A stretch of 64,000 bases of DNA from Dictyostelium discoideum (GCA_000004695.1 CM000154.2:4928001-4992000), one strand, 5' to 3'. Shown: positions 1-19,782, counted from the first letter of the stretch. Notes: generated from the letters alone by a model not told the origin. Translations and numbers: made by a program.

Positions 1-460
1 TGCAAATATTTCCATCAACAACTGTAAAAGAAGAATTATTTGAAGGTGTGAGATCTGTAAATTTAAATTGTTGAGCATTCACATTTAATTTCATTATTAT
101 TATTAATAAAATTAAAAAAAAAAAAAAAAAATTCCTTATCATTTTTTATTTGATTTTTTTTTTTTTTTTAGATTAATAAAAAAAAATAATAAAAAAAAAT
201 AATCCAATTTTAGTTTTTTAGAAAAATATACCAAACATAAAAAAAAAAAAAAAATTAGTCACATAGATACATCACCCAAAAAAAAAAAAAAAATAATCAA
301 TATCATTAAAAAAACAATTTTTGTTTTCATCACAAAAGATTTTTTTTCAAAAAAAAAAATATCAATAAATAAAAAGATATTTTTTCATTTATTTTCAAAA
401 AAACAATTGTTTTTCATCACAAAAGATATTTTTTCATTTTTTTTTATTTTTTTTTATTTT

Positions 461-497
<37 letters not shown>

Positions 498-743
498 AAA
501 ACACTGATTCAAATAAATGGAAGATATTCGAAATAATATTTTTTTTTTTTTTTTTTTTTTTTTTTGATTGGCAAGTTAATCATTAAAAATTAAAATTATT
601 TAAACTTAAATTAAGCTTAATAAAAAAAAAGAAATAAAAAAAATTTTTTTTTTTTTTTTTTTTTTTTTTCCTAAGAAAAAAAAAAAAAAAAGAAATTACA
701 AATATTTAATTTATTATATATTATTTTTGATTTTTTAATTTTT

Positions 744-2510
744 TTAATTTATATAACCTTCAGTTCTTAAATGATTTAAAATTAAAAGGATTGCATCTTT
801 TACTGAGGTATGAGTTGTATCAATTCTTAATTCTGGATTTTCTGGAGTTTCATATGGATCATCGATACCAGTGAAACCTTTGAGTTGACCACTTCTAACT
901 TTAGCGTATAAACCTTTACGATCTCTTTTTTCACAAGTTTCAATTGGAGTTGAGATATGAATTTCAATGAAACCACCATTTGGAGTGATTAAATCACGAG
1001 CAAATTTACGAGCACCAGCATAAGGTGCGATTGGGGCACAAATTGCAATACCACCAGCTTTTGAAATTTCAGAGGCAACGAAACCAATACGTTTGATATT
1101 GAGATCACGATGTTCTTTACTGAAACCCAATTCACTTGAGAGGAATGTACGAACGACATCACCATCTAAAAGAGTTATTGAACGACTACCATCTTCAAGG
1201 AGTGCTTCATTTAATGCATTTGCGATTGTACTTTTACCACTACCACTGAAACCTGTAAAGAAAACTGTAAAACCTTGTTTTGAACGTGGTGGACATGAAT
1301 CCCTTAAAATTTTAACCACCTTTTCATAGGTGAACCAATTTGGAATTTCACCACCAGTACGAAGGAGATGACGTAATTTTGTGCCAGAGATATTTGCAGT
1401 TTCTAAACCCTCTGGAACTTCATCGACTGGATAATATTTATCGTGTGCTGGTACGTAAACCATCATTTGGAATGGAAGGATTTTAATTGATAAACGATTG
1501 GCTAATTTAAGTGCCAATTCTTGAGCTTCGTATGGTTGATAAAATAGGTTGCCTTGTTTGTCCTCACCTGGACCTGCATGATCTCTACCAACGATGAAAT
1601 GATTACAACCGAAATTCTTTCTAATAATTGCGTGCCAAACTGCCTCTCTTGGTCCACCCATTCTCATGGCCAATGGCAAGAGTGAGAGTGTTGCCAATCC
1701 CTCTGGATAGGAGTCCATGATCTCTTTATAACATTTAACACGTGTGTGGTAATCGATATCGCCTGGTTTGGTCATGCCAACTACTGGTTGAATTAAAAGG
1801 TGACAATTTGCATTCAACTCGGCTGCTCTAACTGTAAGTTCTCTGTGTGCTCTATGCATTGGATTACGAGTTTGGAAGGCGATAACGTTCTCCCAACCTT
1901 TGGTTTTAAATAATTCTCTCACTTGAATTGGTGTACGACGGAGACCGTTGTAATCGTAGTGTACTGGTAATTGGGCACCCTCAAGCTTGCCGCTTACATA
2001 GTACTCTTTGGTATTGAAAATTGTGGAAACACCTGGATGGTATGGGTCAATGGATCCCATTGTCTTTTTGGCTTCGTTCTCTTTATTTGGTGTATAATAA
2101 TTTGAAACGGTTAAAACTGCTATTAAATTTCCCTCTTCATCACGTAATGCCATTTGTTTACTATCGGTTGCTAAAACTGTATCCAAGCATTCCTTGCTTA
2201 TATCCAATACTATTGGCATTGGGAATAATAATCCCTCATCTTTATCACCATCGATTGTCATGGTTTCAACAACATTATTATAGATGGTTTCGTCCATAAA
2301 TGTACTCAATGGTGAGAAACCACCATTCATCAATAATTCTATATCACATAATTGCTTCTTTGTTAATAATAAACTTGGTAATGAAATTGATCTTTGTTTT
2401 AATTCTACTAATTCTTCTCCTTCTAAAATTAAATTTATTAATTCTCCGCCATGTGGGATTGAACCATAAAGTTTGGAATTATTTGTTGTTAAAATATCTG
2501 GTGATACCAT
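744..2510 (-). CDS. Bifunctional PAPS synthase. The N-terminal ATP sulfurylase domain (QTRN and GRDHAG motifs) is fused to a C-terminal APS kinase domain (P-loop GFSGSGKST, LDGD and KGFTGIDDPYE motifs). Single exon, 588 aa.
   Basis: One continuous ORF on the minus strand. The motifs were recognised by eye in the translated ORF. Typical AT-rich flanks. Confidence 0.88.
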   Translation of the reverse strand: MVSPDILTTNNSKLYGSIPHGGELINLILEGEELVELKQRSISLPSLLLTKKQLCDIELLMNGGFSPLSTFMDETIYNNVVETMTIDGDKDEGLLFPMPIVLDISKECLDTVLATDSKQMALRDEEGNLIAVLTVSNYYTPNKENEAKKTMGSIDPYHPGVSTIFNTKEYYVSGKLEGAQLPVHYDYNGLRRTPIQVRELFKTKGWENVIAFQTRNPMHRAHRELTVRAAELNANCHLLIQPVVGMTKPGDIDYHTRVKCYKEIMDSYPEGLATLSLLPLAMRMGGPREAVWHAIIRKNFGCNHFIVGRDHAGPGEDKQGNLFYQPYEAQELALKLANRLSIKILPFQMMVYVPAHDKYYPVDEVPEGLETANISGTKLRHLLRTGGEIPNWFTYEKVVKILRDSCPPRSKQGFTVFFTGFSGSGKSTIANALNEALLEDGSRSITLLDGDVVRTFLSSELGFSKEHRDLNIKRIGFVASEISKAGGIAICAPIAPYAGARKFARDLITPNGGFIEIHISTPIETCEKRDRKGLYAKVRSGQLKGFTGIDDPYETPENPELRIDTTHTSVKDAILLILNHLRTEGYIN

Positions 2511-2749
2511 TTTTTAAATTTCTATTTATATATAATTTTACAAAAAAAAAAAAAAAAAAAAAATATATTTAATTTTACAAAAACAAAATAAAATGTTTAA
2601 ATAATTTAATTTAAAAATTAAGAGAAAGGAAATAAAGAATTTGCTTAAAAAAAAAAAAAAAAGGAATCGTTTTGGGAGAAAAAAAAAATAAAAAAAAAAA
2701 AAATATAAAAAAAATTTAAAAAAAATAAAAAAAATTAGTTTTGAAAATA

Positions 2750-2784
<35 letters not shown>

Positions 2785-3619
2785 CAACGTTGTCAGTTTT
2801 ATAAAAGTTGAAGAAAAAATTTAATTGTGACATAATTACTTTTTGAAAATTAAAATGATTTTTCGTTTTTTGAAAACTGCAAATTTTTAAGATTCTTTTT
2901 TAGAATTGTGTGTTAACCCGACCTGGGTTTTTTTTTTGATGTGAAAAAAAAAAAAAATAAAAAAAAATAAAAAAATAAAAATAAATAAAATAAAAATAAA
3001 AAAAATTTAATAAATAAAAATAAAATTAAAAGTTGATATAATACAATAAAATGTTGACTATGTGGAAATAAAAAAAAAAAAAAAAAAAAGTTTAAATATA
3101 AAAAATAATGTTAAAAAAAAAAAAAAAAGTGTAAAAAAAATCAAAAAGAAATTAATAAAAACAGATAATTATTATTATTTTATTTTTTTTTTTTTTATTT
3201 TATTTTATTTTATTTTATTTTATTTTTTTTTGTTCAATGGTGTGTCGAGATAACATCTTAGTCTTTGTGATATGTATGAAAGTGTAAATATATGATTGAT
3301 TAACACACCTATGTCTTATTTTTATTTAAATTTTTTATTTTTTTATTTTTTTTTTAATTTTATTGGTTGGGTGGTATTTTTTTTTTTTTTTTTTTTTATT
3401 TTTTTTTAGCTTTTGTTTGACATTTAATCTTGATCAAGATAACATTATTAGAAAAAATAAAAAAAAATCTAATTTTAGTGATAATAAAAAAATAAAAATA
3501 AAAATAAAATGAATGAATGAATAATTTGCCATTTACTTTTAAAATTAAAAATAAAATAATAAAGTTATTTTAAAATTAATTATTTATTAATTAATTTTTA
3601 TTTATATGTATATATGTAT

Positions 3620-3941
3620 TTAAATTGCAGTAGTTCCATCACAGGGACATACTTTTTTATGATTTTGACCAATAGAAGCAGCTCTACTAATTATTCCACA
3701 TGCTACACGCTCACCTAAAATTTTATCGCTTTCACTATTTACAATATTTTTATTATTATTATTATTATTTAGATCTTCAATGGGAGAATATTTTGAATCT
3801 TGAGAATGTAATACAATTGAACGACCAATTAAATCCCAAAAATCATATTTATCTGATAAAACTCTAAACTCTGCTTTTCCATCTTGCTTAACATCTGATG
3901 TCCCAATAATTTTATTAAGAATTTCTTTACATTTATTTATA

Positions 3942-4027
<86 letters not shown>

Positions 4028-4570
4028 TTCAACATTTGATATAAATGGTTCACCAAGATCATCGCAACCATTCATTAAATTACCAAATTCGTGAACTACT
4101 AAAGAATGTTTACCAGGTTTCAAACCTGTTATTCTACCTTCAAATAAAGTTTTTGTTGTACTTGCTCTGAGTAATCTAATGACACCATAAACACCTTTAC
4201 TACCAACACCACCACTTCCTCCACAACCTTTTTGCCAATTTTCTATTAATCCTAATGAACATACAGCACTTCCTGATACTGTTTCTTGTTTTTTGTGGCA
4301 TGTTGATGATGATGGTGATGTTGATGTTGTTGTAGTTGTACTACTTAATCCACAAATTGTTGCATTTCTACCTGTATTTTTTATAGTTTCTAATATGTCT
4401 TGTGTTAAATCTGTGCCTTGAAGTACAATTCTTTGTTCTGGAATATCATGTTCTACGAGTTTAGTATTTTCAAGCTTTTCTCTTAATTCTTTACTAATTG
4501 AATCAACACAAGATTGACAACTTATATCAACATTTAATTCTACTTTTATCTCTAAATTCTTATCATCCAT
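3620..4570 (-). CDS. Copper chaperone for superoxide dismutase (CCS). An N-terminal HMA copper-binding motif (SCQSC) is followed by a SOD1-like domain ([17 protein letters not shown]) and a C-terminal CPC motif. A run of 34 Asn is inserted in the SOD-like domain.
   Basis: 316-aa single-exon ORF. The MxCxxC-type motif, SOD1-like core and C-terminal CxC are the CCS architecture. The poly-N is encoded by the (AAT)n run at about 3951-4025. Confidence 0.82.
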
Positions 4571-4901
4571 TTTGTTGGTTTTATATTTGTATGTATATGT
4601 ATATTTATTTTATGGGGGTTTTTTTTTTTATTTTTTTTATATTTTATCTCTTTTGGAAGGGAAAAATTAAAAAAATAAAAAATTAAAAAAAAAATAAAAA
4701 ATAAAAAATAAAAAAAAAAAAAAAAAAAAAAAAAAAATAAAAAAAAAAAAATAAAAAAACTTTTTCTTCTAATGGAAATAGAATAAGTCGACGTAATTAG
4801 TGATTATTATGAAATTTAATAAATTAATTTTTTTTTATAATTTTTTTTTTTTTTTTTTTGTAATTGACCTTTTTTTTTTTTAATATCTTTGTTTTTTGTT
4901 G

Positions 4902-4934
<33 letters not shown>

Positions 4935-5145
4935 ACCTATTTTGGTAATTAAAAAAAAAAAAAAAAAAAAAACAAAAGATATTAAAAAAAAAAAAAGTAT
5001 GGATAAATTAGTATATAATATAATCTATTTTGTTGTTTTTTTTTTTTATTTTCTTTTCTTTTTTTTTTTTTTTAAAGCAATGTTTGATGAAGCTTGTGTT
5101 GATCAACTTATATTTTTTAAAATCATTTTTTTTTAAGCAATGTTT

Positions 5146-6191
5146 CTAAACTTTATCATCATCTGCCTGAGATTCCATCACTTCATCAATTTTATCGCCA
5201 GTGATTGAACCAGGTGGAGGTAGTGGCTTTACACACCTACCAATATCTCCATTCTCAATGTTTGGAAAGAATACTTTCTATTTTTAATAATGGTATTAGA
5301 ATTTAATGAATAAAAAGTAGTGTACAGTTTATATTTTTTAATTATTCTTATAAAACTTACGATAATTTCGGTAACATCATTATAAAATGAAGCTTGGTCA
5401 ATGTTATTAAACACTTGTATATTATTGATTGAATTCATTTTGTAATGACTAAATAGGCAAAATATAAGTTGATCAACACAAGCTTCATCAAACATCACTG
5501 AAATAGAATTACTGGTACCAATTGGAGTGATAGTACAAGGGGTATTGGTACTTGATGGTGAAAATTCAAATTTAAAATTATTTGGAGTTTGAGTCTGCTC
5601 TAAATAAACTCTATTTATATTACCACTAAGTTGGACTATTTTTTCAGTAGCTAAAGAAGAGAAATAATTATTCTTCAATACTTGTGAAACAGTGATAACA
5701 AGATTTGGATTGGAGGAAATTATCATAACAGGTTCTGAGTGTATGTCTTTTTGACTAGGAGTAACAATAAGATTTATATTTGAAATGATATTAAATTTAG
5801 CCGATGATTCATATGGACATTCGGGTGACTGTAGACATATGTGTACTTTATCTTTTACACTTGGGAAAACATCAATTGAAATGTCCTCAGTTTTATAGCC
5901 TACTGTATCAGGTTGGACAAGGAGTGGAGCATTCGTGGTTTTATAGTTTGATTGTTTTGGTTCAATAACTCTTTTTGGAAGTGGGTTTAGTGTTTGTGGT
6001 ATTAAAATTTCAAATCCCATTGGATTATCTAGATTTTGAGCGGCAAATTGATTCATTATCCAAGAAAAGTCTATTTCAGTTCCTATCGTTGATTGTGGGA
6101 CACCAAGTTTTGCAATATTATAGGTTATATCTTTTCTTATCCATGTTACATGTCTTTCCATATAATCAACTAAATATCCAATACCATCCAT
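5146..6191 (-). CDS. Hypothetical protein of about 347 aa in two exons: complement(join(5361..6191,5146..5277)). The 83-nt intron spans 5278-5360 (GTAAGT...AATAG). Function not recognised.
   Basis: The ORF-track ORF 5229..6191 reads through a canonical GTAAGT donor at 5360. Splicing to the AG at 5278 shifts the frame, which then runs cleanly to a TAG at 5146-5148. A possible AATAAA lies at 5045-5050 on the minus strand. Confidence 0.5.
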
Positions 6192-6347
6192 GCAATAAGC
6201 TCCTCCTCCTCTTGATTCTAATTATGAAGTATATCGTATCAAATGGTATATAATAATTAATTAGTTTTAATTATAGTAAAAATAATAATAAAAATAAAAT
6301 ATAATTAAAATAAAAATAAAAATAAAAATAAAAATAATTAATTATGA

Positions 6348-7712
6348 TTAAAATAATATTATTTTTATCTTACCTTGACCTCTTTGCCAATTTAGATCAC
6401 CTAAACAAAAGGTTTTTTGTTGACCATCATCACTGGTACCATACATTAACTTTGAATGATCTTTTGAGGAACTTCTTTGTGGATTTACATCTATGAATGG
6501 ATAATTGAGTCTTAATGCTATTGAGAAACTTGTACCAGAAACTACATTATTAGCAAATCCCTTTATTGTATTTGATGTCATTGTTTGAGACATCCATTTC
6601 GAAATATTTTTGTAATATTTACCAATATATTGCCATAATAATTCAATGTTATTCATTTGAGCAAAGTTTTTTGAAGATGGTTCGGCAATAATTCCTTTCT
6701 TTTGTGGGAGTGAAGTTTGAACAAAATATTCACCAAAGGAATATTTATTTACATGATAATAATGAGAAGATTTGAAGTTTGCATCTGATGAGAATTCAAA
6801 ATTTTCAGAAATATGACCAGCCTGGAAAATAAATAAAAAAAAAGTTGTAAAATTTGAGTGAGTATTTATTATCACAATAAAATAAACAATAATAAAAATA
6901 ATTATACATACCAATTTAGCCCATTGTAAAATTTTAATTTTTCTAGAGAGAGTTGAACCTACAAAAAAATTTTTCTTAATAATTTCATCGATTTCTGAAA
7001 AATATTTCTTTTTCTTTAAATCATCATCTGTTACTGTATCTAATTTTGTTTCGTCTACATCATTGATACCTGTTAGACTTGTTGCGAGTAATTTGCTTAA
7101 CATTTTACCTTTGTCGAATTTATGGTTATTTATTGCTTTAATTGCAGGGTTAGTATATATCAAATATTTTGGAATAATATCTAATTCATTTGGTTTCAAT
7201 GTAATACAAATTGAATGTTGTAAATAACTATCTTCAGAACTATGTAAAAAGAAATCATCAATTTCTTGAGGTGTGTAGGGGATACTATGAATTACGTGAA
7301 TACCACCATGTTCATTCCAAATAAAAAACCCTTTTGCATGTGCACTCCCTTTACCGTCATCAAAAGCATTATTGTAAGAAATACTTGAAAATATATTACC
7401 GTTGGCTTGACCGAATGTTTGAGTAATTGGAGATACCTGGTCTTTAACTCTCATATTATATTTACTTAATTCAAGTATTTTTTCATTTTTGTTCTTTAAA
7501 TTGCTATCTGTATAAAAAGATGAACCACTACCTTTATCTCCAGGTTTATTAAAATGTTCATAAATCCACCAATCAACATAATTTTCAGCGGGTTTTAAGC
7601 TTGGATTTGATGATTTTGCATAAATATCATTGTATAAACATCTCGGAACTTGTTGACATTTAATTATTGAAAATAAAATAAATAATAAAAATATTTTAAT
7701 CAAATTTTTCAT
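6348..7712 (-). CDS. Deoxyribonuclease II (acid DNase) homologue with an N-terminal signal peptide. Two exons: complement(join(6912..7712,6348..6821)). The 90-nt in-frame intron spans 6822-6911.
   Basis: Signal peptide MKNLIKIFLLFILFSIIKC. The first HxK motif GSAHAKGFFIWNEHGGIHVIHSIPYTP resembles human [25 protein letters not shown]. The second catalytic motif DHSKLMYG...CLGDLNWQ lies near the C-terminus. The intron is GTATGT...TTTCCAG and its translation is implausibly hydrophobic (VCIIIFIIVYF...). Confidence 0.83.
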   Translation of the reverse strand: MKNLIKIFLLFILFSIIKCQQVPRCLYNDIYAKSSNPSLKPAENYVDWWIYEHFNKPGDKGSGSSFYTDSNLKNKNEKILELSKYNMRVKDQVSPITQTFGQANGNIFSSISYNNAFDDGKGSAHAKGFFIWNEHGGIHVIHSIPYTPQEIDDFFLHSSEDSYLQHSICITLKPNELDIIPKYLIYTNPAIKAINNHKFDKGKMLSKLLATSLTGINDVDETKLDTVTDDDLKKKKYFSEIDEIIKKNFFVGSTLSRKIKILQWAKLVCIIIFIIVYFIVIINTHSNFTTFFLFIFQAGHISENFEFSSDANFKSSHYYHVNKYSFGEYFVQTSLPQKKGIIAEPSSKNFAQMNNIELLWQYIGKYYKNISKWMSQTMTSNTIKGFANNVVSGTSFSIALRLNYPFIDVNPQRSSSKDHSKLMYGTSDDGQQKTFCLGDLNWQRGQGKIKIILF

Positions 7713-7747
7713 TCTATAATATTATTTAATCGTTTCTTACTTATTTT

Positions 7748-7821
<74 letters not shown>

Positions 7822-7959
7822 ATAAAATAAAATAAAATAAAATAAAATAAAAGAAAATAAAATAAAATGAGTAAATTTTTTTGAAAAATCTTGATTGGTT
7901 TGGTATTTTTAGCATCAAAACCAATTTCAAATAAACAATTTATTTTTTTAATTTTCAAA

Positions 7960-8125
7960 CGATAAAAACTAAATACCAAGGAATTGCTCGTCTTTTTTTT
8001 TGAAATGGTTCACACTAAACACCAAGATATTGCTTTTTTTTTTTTTAAATTTTGGAAAGATATACACTAGATTGCTCGTCTTTTTTATTTTGAAATGATT
8101 TACACTAAATACCAAGATATTGCCC
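7960..8125. repeat. Imperfect tandem repeat of a ~45-50 bp unit in 2-3 copies. The unit reads attgctcgtctttttt..ttgaaatgRttYacactaaaYaccaagRtattgc. It sits about 140 bp upstream of the ATG at 8261.
   Basis: Direct comparison of 7967-8032 with 8071-8123 in the sequence. Confidence 0.6.
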
Positions 8126-8260
8126 ATTTTTTTTATATTTTTTTTTTATTTTATTTTATTTTATGTTATTTAAAATTAATTTTTTCACAGATAGCTCAAT
8201 AGTTTTTTTTTTTTTTTGTTTTTAAAAAAATAGTAAATAAGATATCAAAAACAAATAAAA

Positions 8261-16594
<8,334 letters not shown>

Positions 16595-16640
16595 TATTTA
16601 AAACCAACAAATAAAATAATATCATTTAAAAATTCAGATA

Positions 16641-16645
<5 letters not shown>

Positions 16646-16678
<33 letters not shown>

Positions 16679-18929
16679 TTGATTAACGAGTGTTTATCCA
16701 TTTAAAGAAATAAGCAATAATTAAAAGTTTATTTATAAAAAGGATTTTACCTAAATGTTTTTTCCCTCTTTTTTTTGAAAATTTTTTTAGTTCGAGAAAT
16801 GTTATTTTGTTTTTTTAGATTTTCAAAATTTATGGGATTAAAAATTTTAATGTCTCAATAATAAAATAGTATGTTAGAATTATTATAGCTTAAATAAATT
16901 GATCAACAATTACTCTATTTAGTAAGGTTGTACTTGGTATACAGTAGTCATTGATAATTTATTTTTTAAAAATTTTAATTAGTTTGTTGTATTCCCTTTT
17001 GTTGCAAATTGAAAGTGTGTCCTCTAGTAAAAAAACTTTATTTATGTAATCCAAAGGTGTCCAGAAAATAGTTTCAACGAGGGTGGTTCAAAGACATCTG
17101 CTCATGGTTATGGAGTAGGTCAATGGAACTTTATTTATTCAGAATTAATTCAATTATTCACTGATAGGTCCATTGCGACCAAATTGTTAAAAAAAAAAAA
17201 AAAAAAAAGGAAAATCAGTTTTATAATTTTCATAACAATAATAAATTCTTTATTTGTTTAAAATTATCTCTTTATTTCTTAACATATATTTATATATATT
17301 TATAACTAATAAATTGTAATGAATTACATTGTTTAATAATCATAATATTAATAATAGTAATAATAATAAGAATAATAATGATTAACAATTAAACAATAAT
17401 AATTAAAATAATAATTAATTTATTTAGTTTTTATATATTTTAGAGTTTTCGTTCGAAACTCCTCGGCCGAAAATAACGAAAACTCGAAAATTATAAAAAC
17501 TGAAAAAAATGAAAAAAATAAAGTTAGTTTTGATTCACGCTTTACAGCATTCATATAATATTAATTGTGTGTTCCTTTATTTATTATGATCAATATTTTT
17601 TTTTTTTTTGATATAAATAAACTATTGTAGTATACAATTAGTATGTTATTTTTATTTGTTTAATTTAGGTTTTTTAGTTTTTGTGAATTTAAAATGGTAT
17701 GTTATTTTAGATTAGGTAATTAATAATTAATTGGTGGTAATTGTTGGAATTGATTCATTTGTGTTTATGCTCCATTCTTTTTTAAATTTTTTGATGGTTT
17801 CGGACCATTGGGTTTCTTTTTGAGTTTTTGTGAGGTTGTTTTTAATTGAGTATTGGTTAAAGTTTGATAAAGTTCTTGAATATTCCAATCTTATTAGCTT
17901 GTGCCATTTTGATTTTAATATATCATAATCTAGTGTTGTGTTGTTTATTTGGTTGTTCCAATTATCAATTGATTGAGTTATATTGATGTCAAATAATGAT
18001 TTGCATAACCATATCCATATTTGGTGAATAACTAATGAGATTATGTTCCAATATGCATGTGTTCTGACTAGATCAAGATTTGTGTTTATATAATTCCAGT
18101 TGAACCTGTATTTTTTATATTGTGCGTTTTCTGCAAAATGAAAATTAATATTGATAGTTGGATCTGGTTTAAATGCTTTGTTGTTTGTTTGTGGTTTATA
18201 GATGAGTGTGTATAATTTTGTTGTATGGTTTTTTGTTAGTGACCAGTTTTTGTTTCCATTGCAATTTTTATATATAAAATATTTTAATTTGTCGTGGTTA
18301 ATGAAGTTGATTGTGTGCTGACAATTGAAAAACAAATGACCATAGGGATCATTATTCATTTCATTGTTGCAAATGGGGCAAACTTTGTTGTGTAGATGAT
18401 TAATCGGAAGACATCTAGCATGGAATCTTTGCATTGTATCTCGGCCTTTTGGATCTTTTAATTTTTGAATTTTGACAAAAAGTTGGTCGTATGTGTATTT
18501 CCATAATAGTTGTATTGATTGTTGGTGCGAAGTAAGAAGTAGATCTGAATATTTCTTGCCAATATAGTCTTTTGATTTGCATTGGTGATTGTTTAGTATT
18601 GTCGAGTAGATTTCTTTGAGTGTTGGTGGTAGTGAAATATTATTTGTGTTTAATGTTTGAGAGGGTTGGTTTTTTGTTAATATTGGTTGTAGGATTTGAA
18701 CTTTATCTTTTAGATGTCCAATTTGAGTTGCATAGTTTTCCCATTCTTTTTTTATTTTTATAAGGTATGGAGAAGAGATTGATTTGTTGNNNNNNNNNNN
18801 NNNNNNNNNNNNNNNNNNNNNNNNNNNNNNNNNNNNNNNNNNNNNNNNNNNNNNNNNNNNNNNNNNNNNNNNNNNNNNNNNNNNNNNNNTATGTTGATAT
18901 TTTTGGTTATATTATGATTACTACTACTT

Positions 18930-18964
<35 letters not shown>

Positions 18965-19705
18965 TATAATGGAATTGGGTTTGGAGTGTTCGGGTTATGC
19001 CATGATGTGTTGAAGTTGATTATTAATTGGTCTCTGTTATTTAATTTGTATATTGTTTCATTCCTTTCGATCTTCTTTATTAAAATGAATTTCTCTATTT
19101 TAATTAAGTTGGTTAGTTCTTTTTCAATTAATGTTGGATCAAATGAGGGTGGAGATTTAGATTCGTCTTGATTGAATAGTTTGTGACAAATTATTCTCCA
19201 TAGTTGATGTATAATTATGCCGATTAAATTTGGGTAGATTCTTTCTTTTTTATTTGTTTTGCTAATATCTAGTGAATTGAGATCCCAATTTCTGATCTTG
19301 AAGAATGAGAGATTGTTGAATGTTGAAATTATTATGTTTTCTATTTCTTTTACTTGCATACAGTCTATAAAAAGGTGAGTGTATGGGTCACGGATTATAT
19401 TGTTACAGATTTTGCATGGTACGTTACGTTCATAGTTGATTCCAGGAAGTGACCTTGAGAAAAATCTGAATAGTGTATTTCTACCTTTTTGATGTGATAT
19501 GTGGTTGATATGTTGGAAGATGGATGGTATGTTGATGTTATTTATTGAAATTAGATTTTTTTGTCCATCTGTTTTTCTTATTGATTTGTATTTGTGAGTG
19601 ATTAACATGTTATAGATTTCTTTAAGTTGAAGTGGCTTTTTGTTTTGACCTTTGATACAATCAGGTAGTGATTTTAGTTTATTGTGTTGATTAAAAATTA
19701 ATAAA
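16646..19705 (-). mobile_element. Fragments of a tRNA-gene-targeted non-LTR retrotransposon (TRE family, TRE3-like by position) in minus orientation. Two ORF2 C-terminal segments each carry a C..C....DPY.HLF..C cysteine motif. A long 3' UTR ends in an A-tail at about 16646-16672 (poly-T on the plus strand). An assembly gap interrupts the element.
   Basis: ORFs 18964..19740 and 17727..18434 on the minus strand. Motifs PCKICNNIIRDPYTHLFIDC and CPICNNEMNNDPYGHLFFNC. The element begins within about 10 bp downstream of the tRNA-Lys 3' end. Established knowledge: Dictyostelium TRE3 elements integrate downstream of tRNA genes. Confidence 0.6.
18790..18889. other. Assembly gap: a run of exactly 100 N inside the retroelement fragments.
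   Basis: Seen directly in the sequence. A 100-N spacer is the conventional gap placeholder. Confidence 0.95.
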
Positions 19706-19709
19706 ATTT

Positions 19710-19782
19710 CGCCCAACGGGGGGCTCGAACCCCCGACCACCAGATTAAGAGTCTGGCGCTCTACCGACTGAGCTAGCCGGGC
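19710..19782 (-). tRNA. tRNA-Lys (anticodon CUU), 73 nt, no intron.
   Basis: The reverse complement of 19710-19782 is GCCCGGCTAGCTCAGTCGGTAGAGCGCCAGACTCTTAATCTGGTGGTCGGGGGTTCGAGCCCCCCGTTGGGCG. It has a 7-bp acceptor stem with two G-U pairs, a D-arm GCTC/GAGC, anticodon stem CCAGA/TCTGG with loop CTCTTAA (CTT), a T-arm GGGGG-TTCGAGC-CCCCC, and A/B-box-like internal promoter elements (TAGCTCAGTCGG, GGTTCGAGCC). Confidence 0.9.

Noticed and set aside
7709-7979. ORF-track ORFs 7709..7930 and 7737..7979 (minus strand), made of poly-F/poly-K
   Set aside because: They are translations of a 70-nt poly(A)/poly(T) homopolymer and the (AAATAAAATAA) run in the intergenic region between the DNase II start and the next gene. 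They are not coding.
18790-18889. 100-N run
   Set aside because: It is an assembly gap placeholder, not a biological feature. It prevents deciding whether the two ORF2 fragments are one element or two.
19701-19740. N-terminus MVGGSSPPLGEI of ORF 18964..19740
   Set aside because: This part is the antisense reading frame running through the tRNA-Lys gene. The real retroelement coding sequence starts further downstream.
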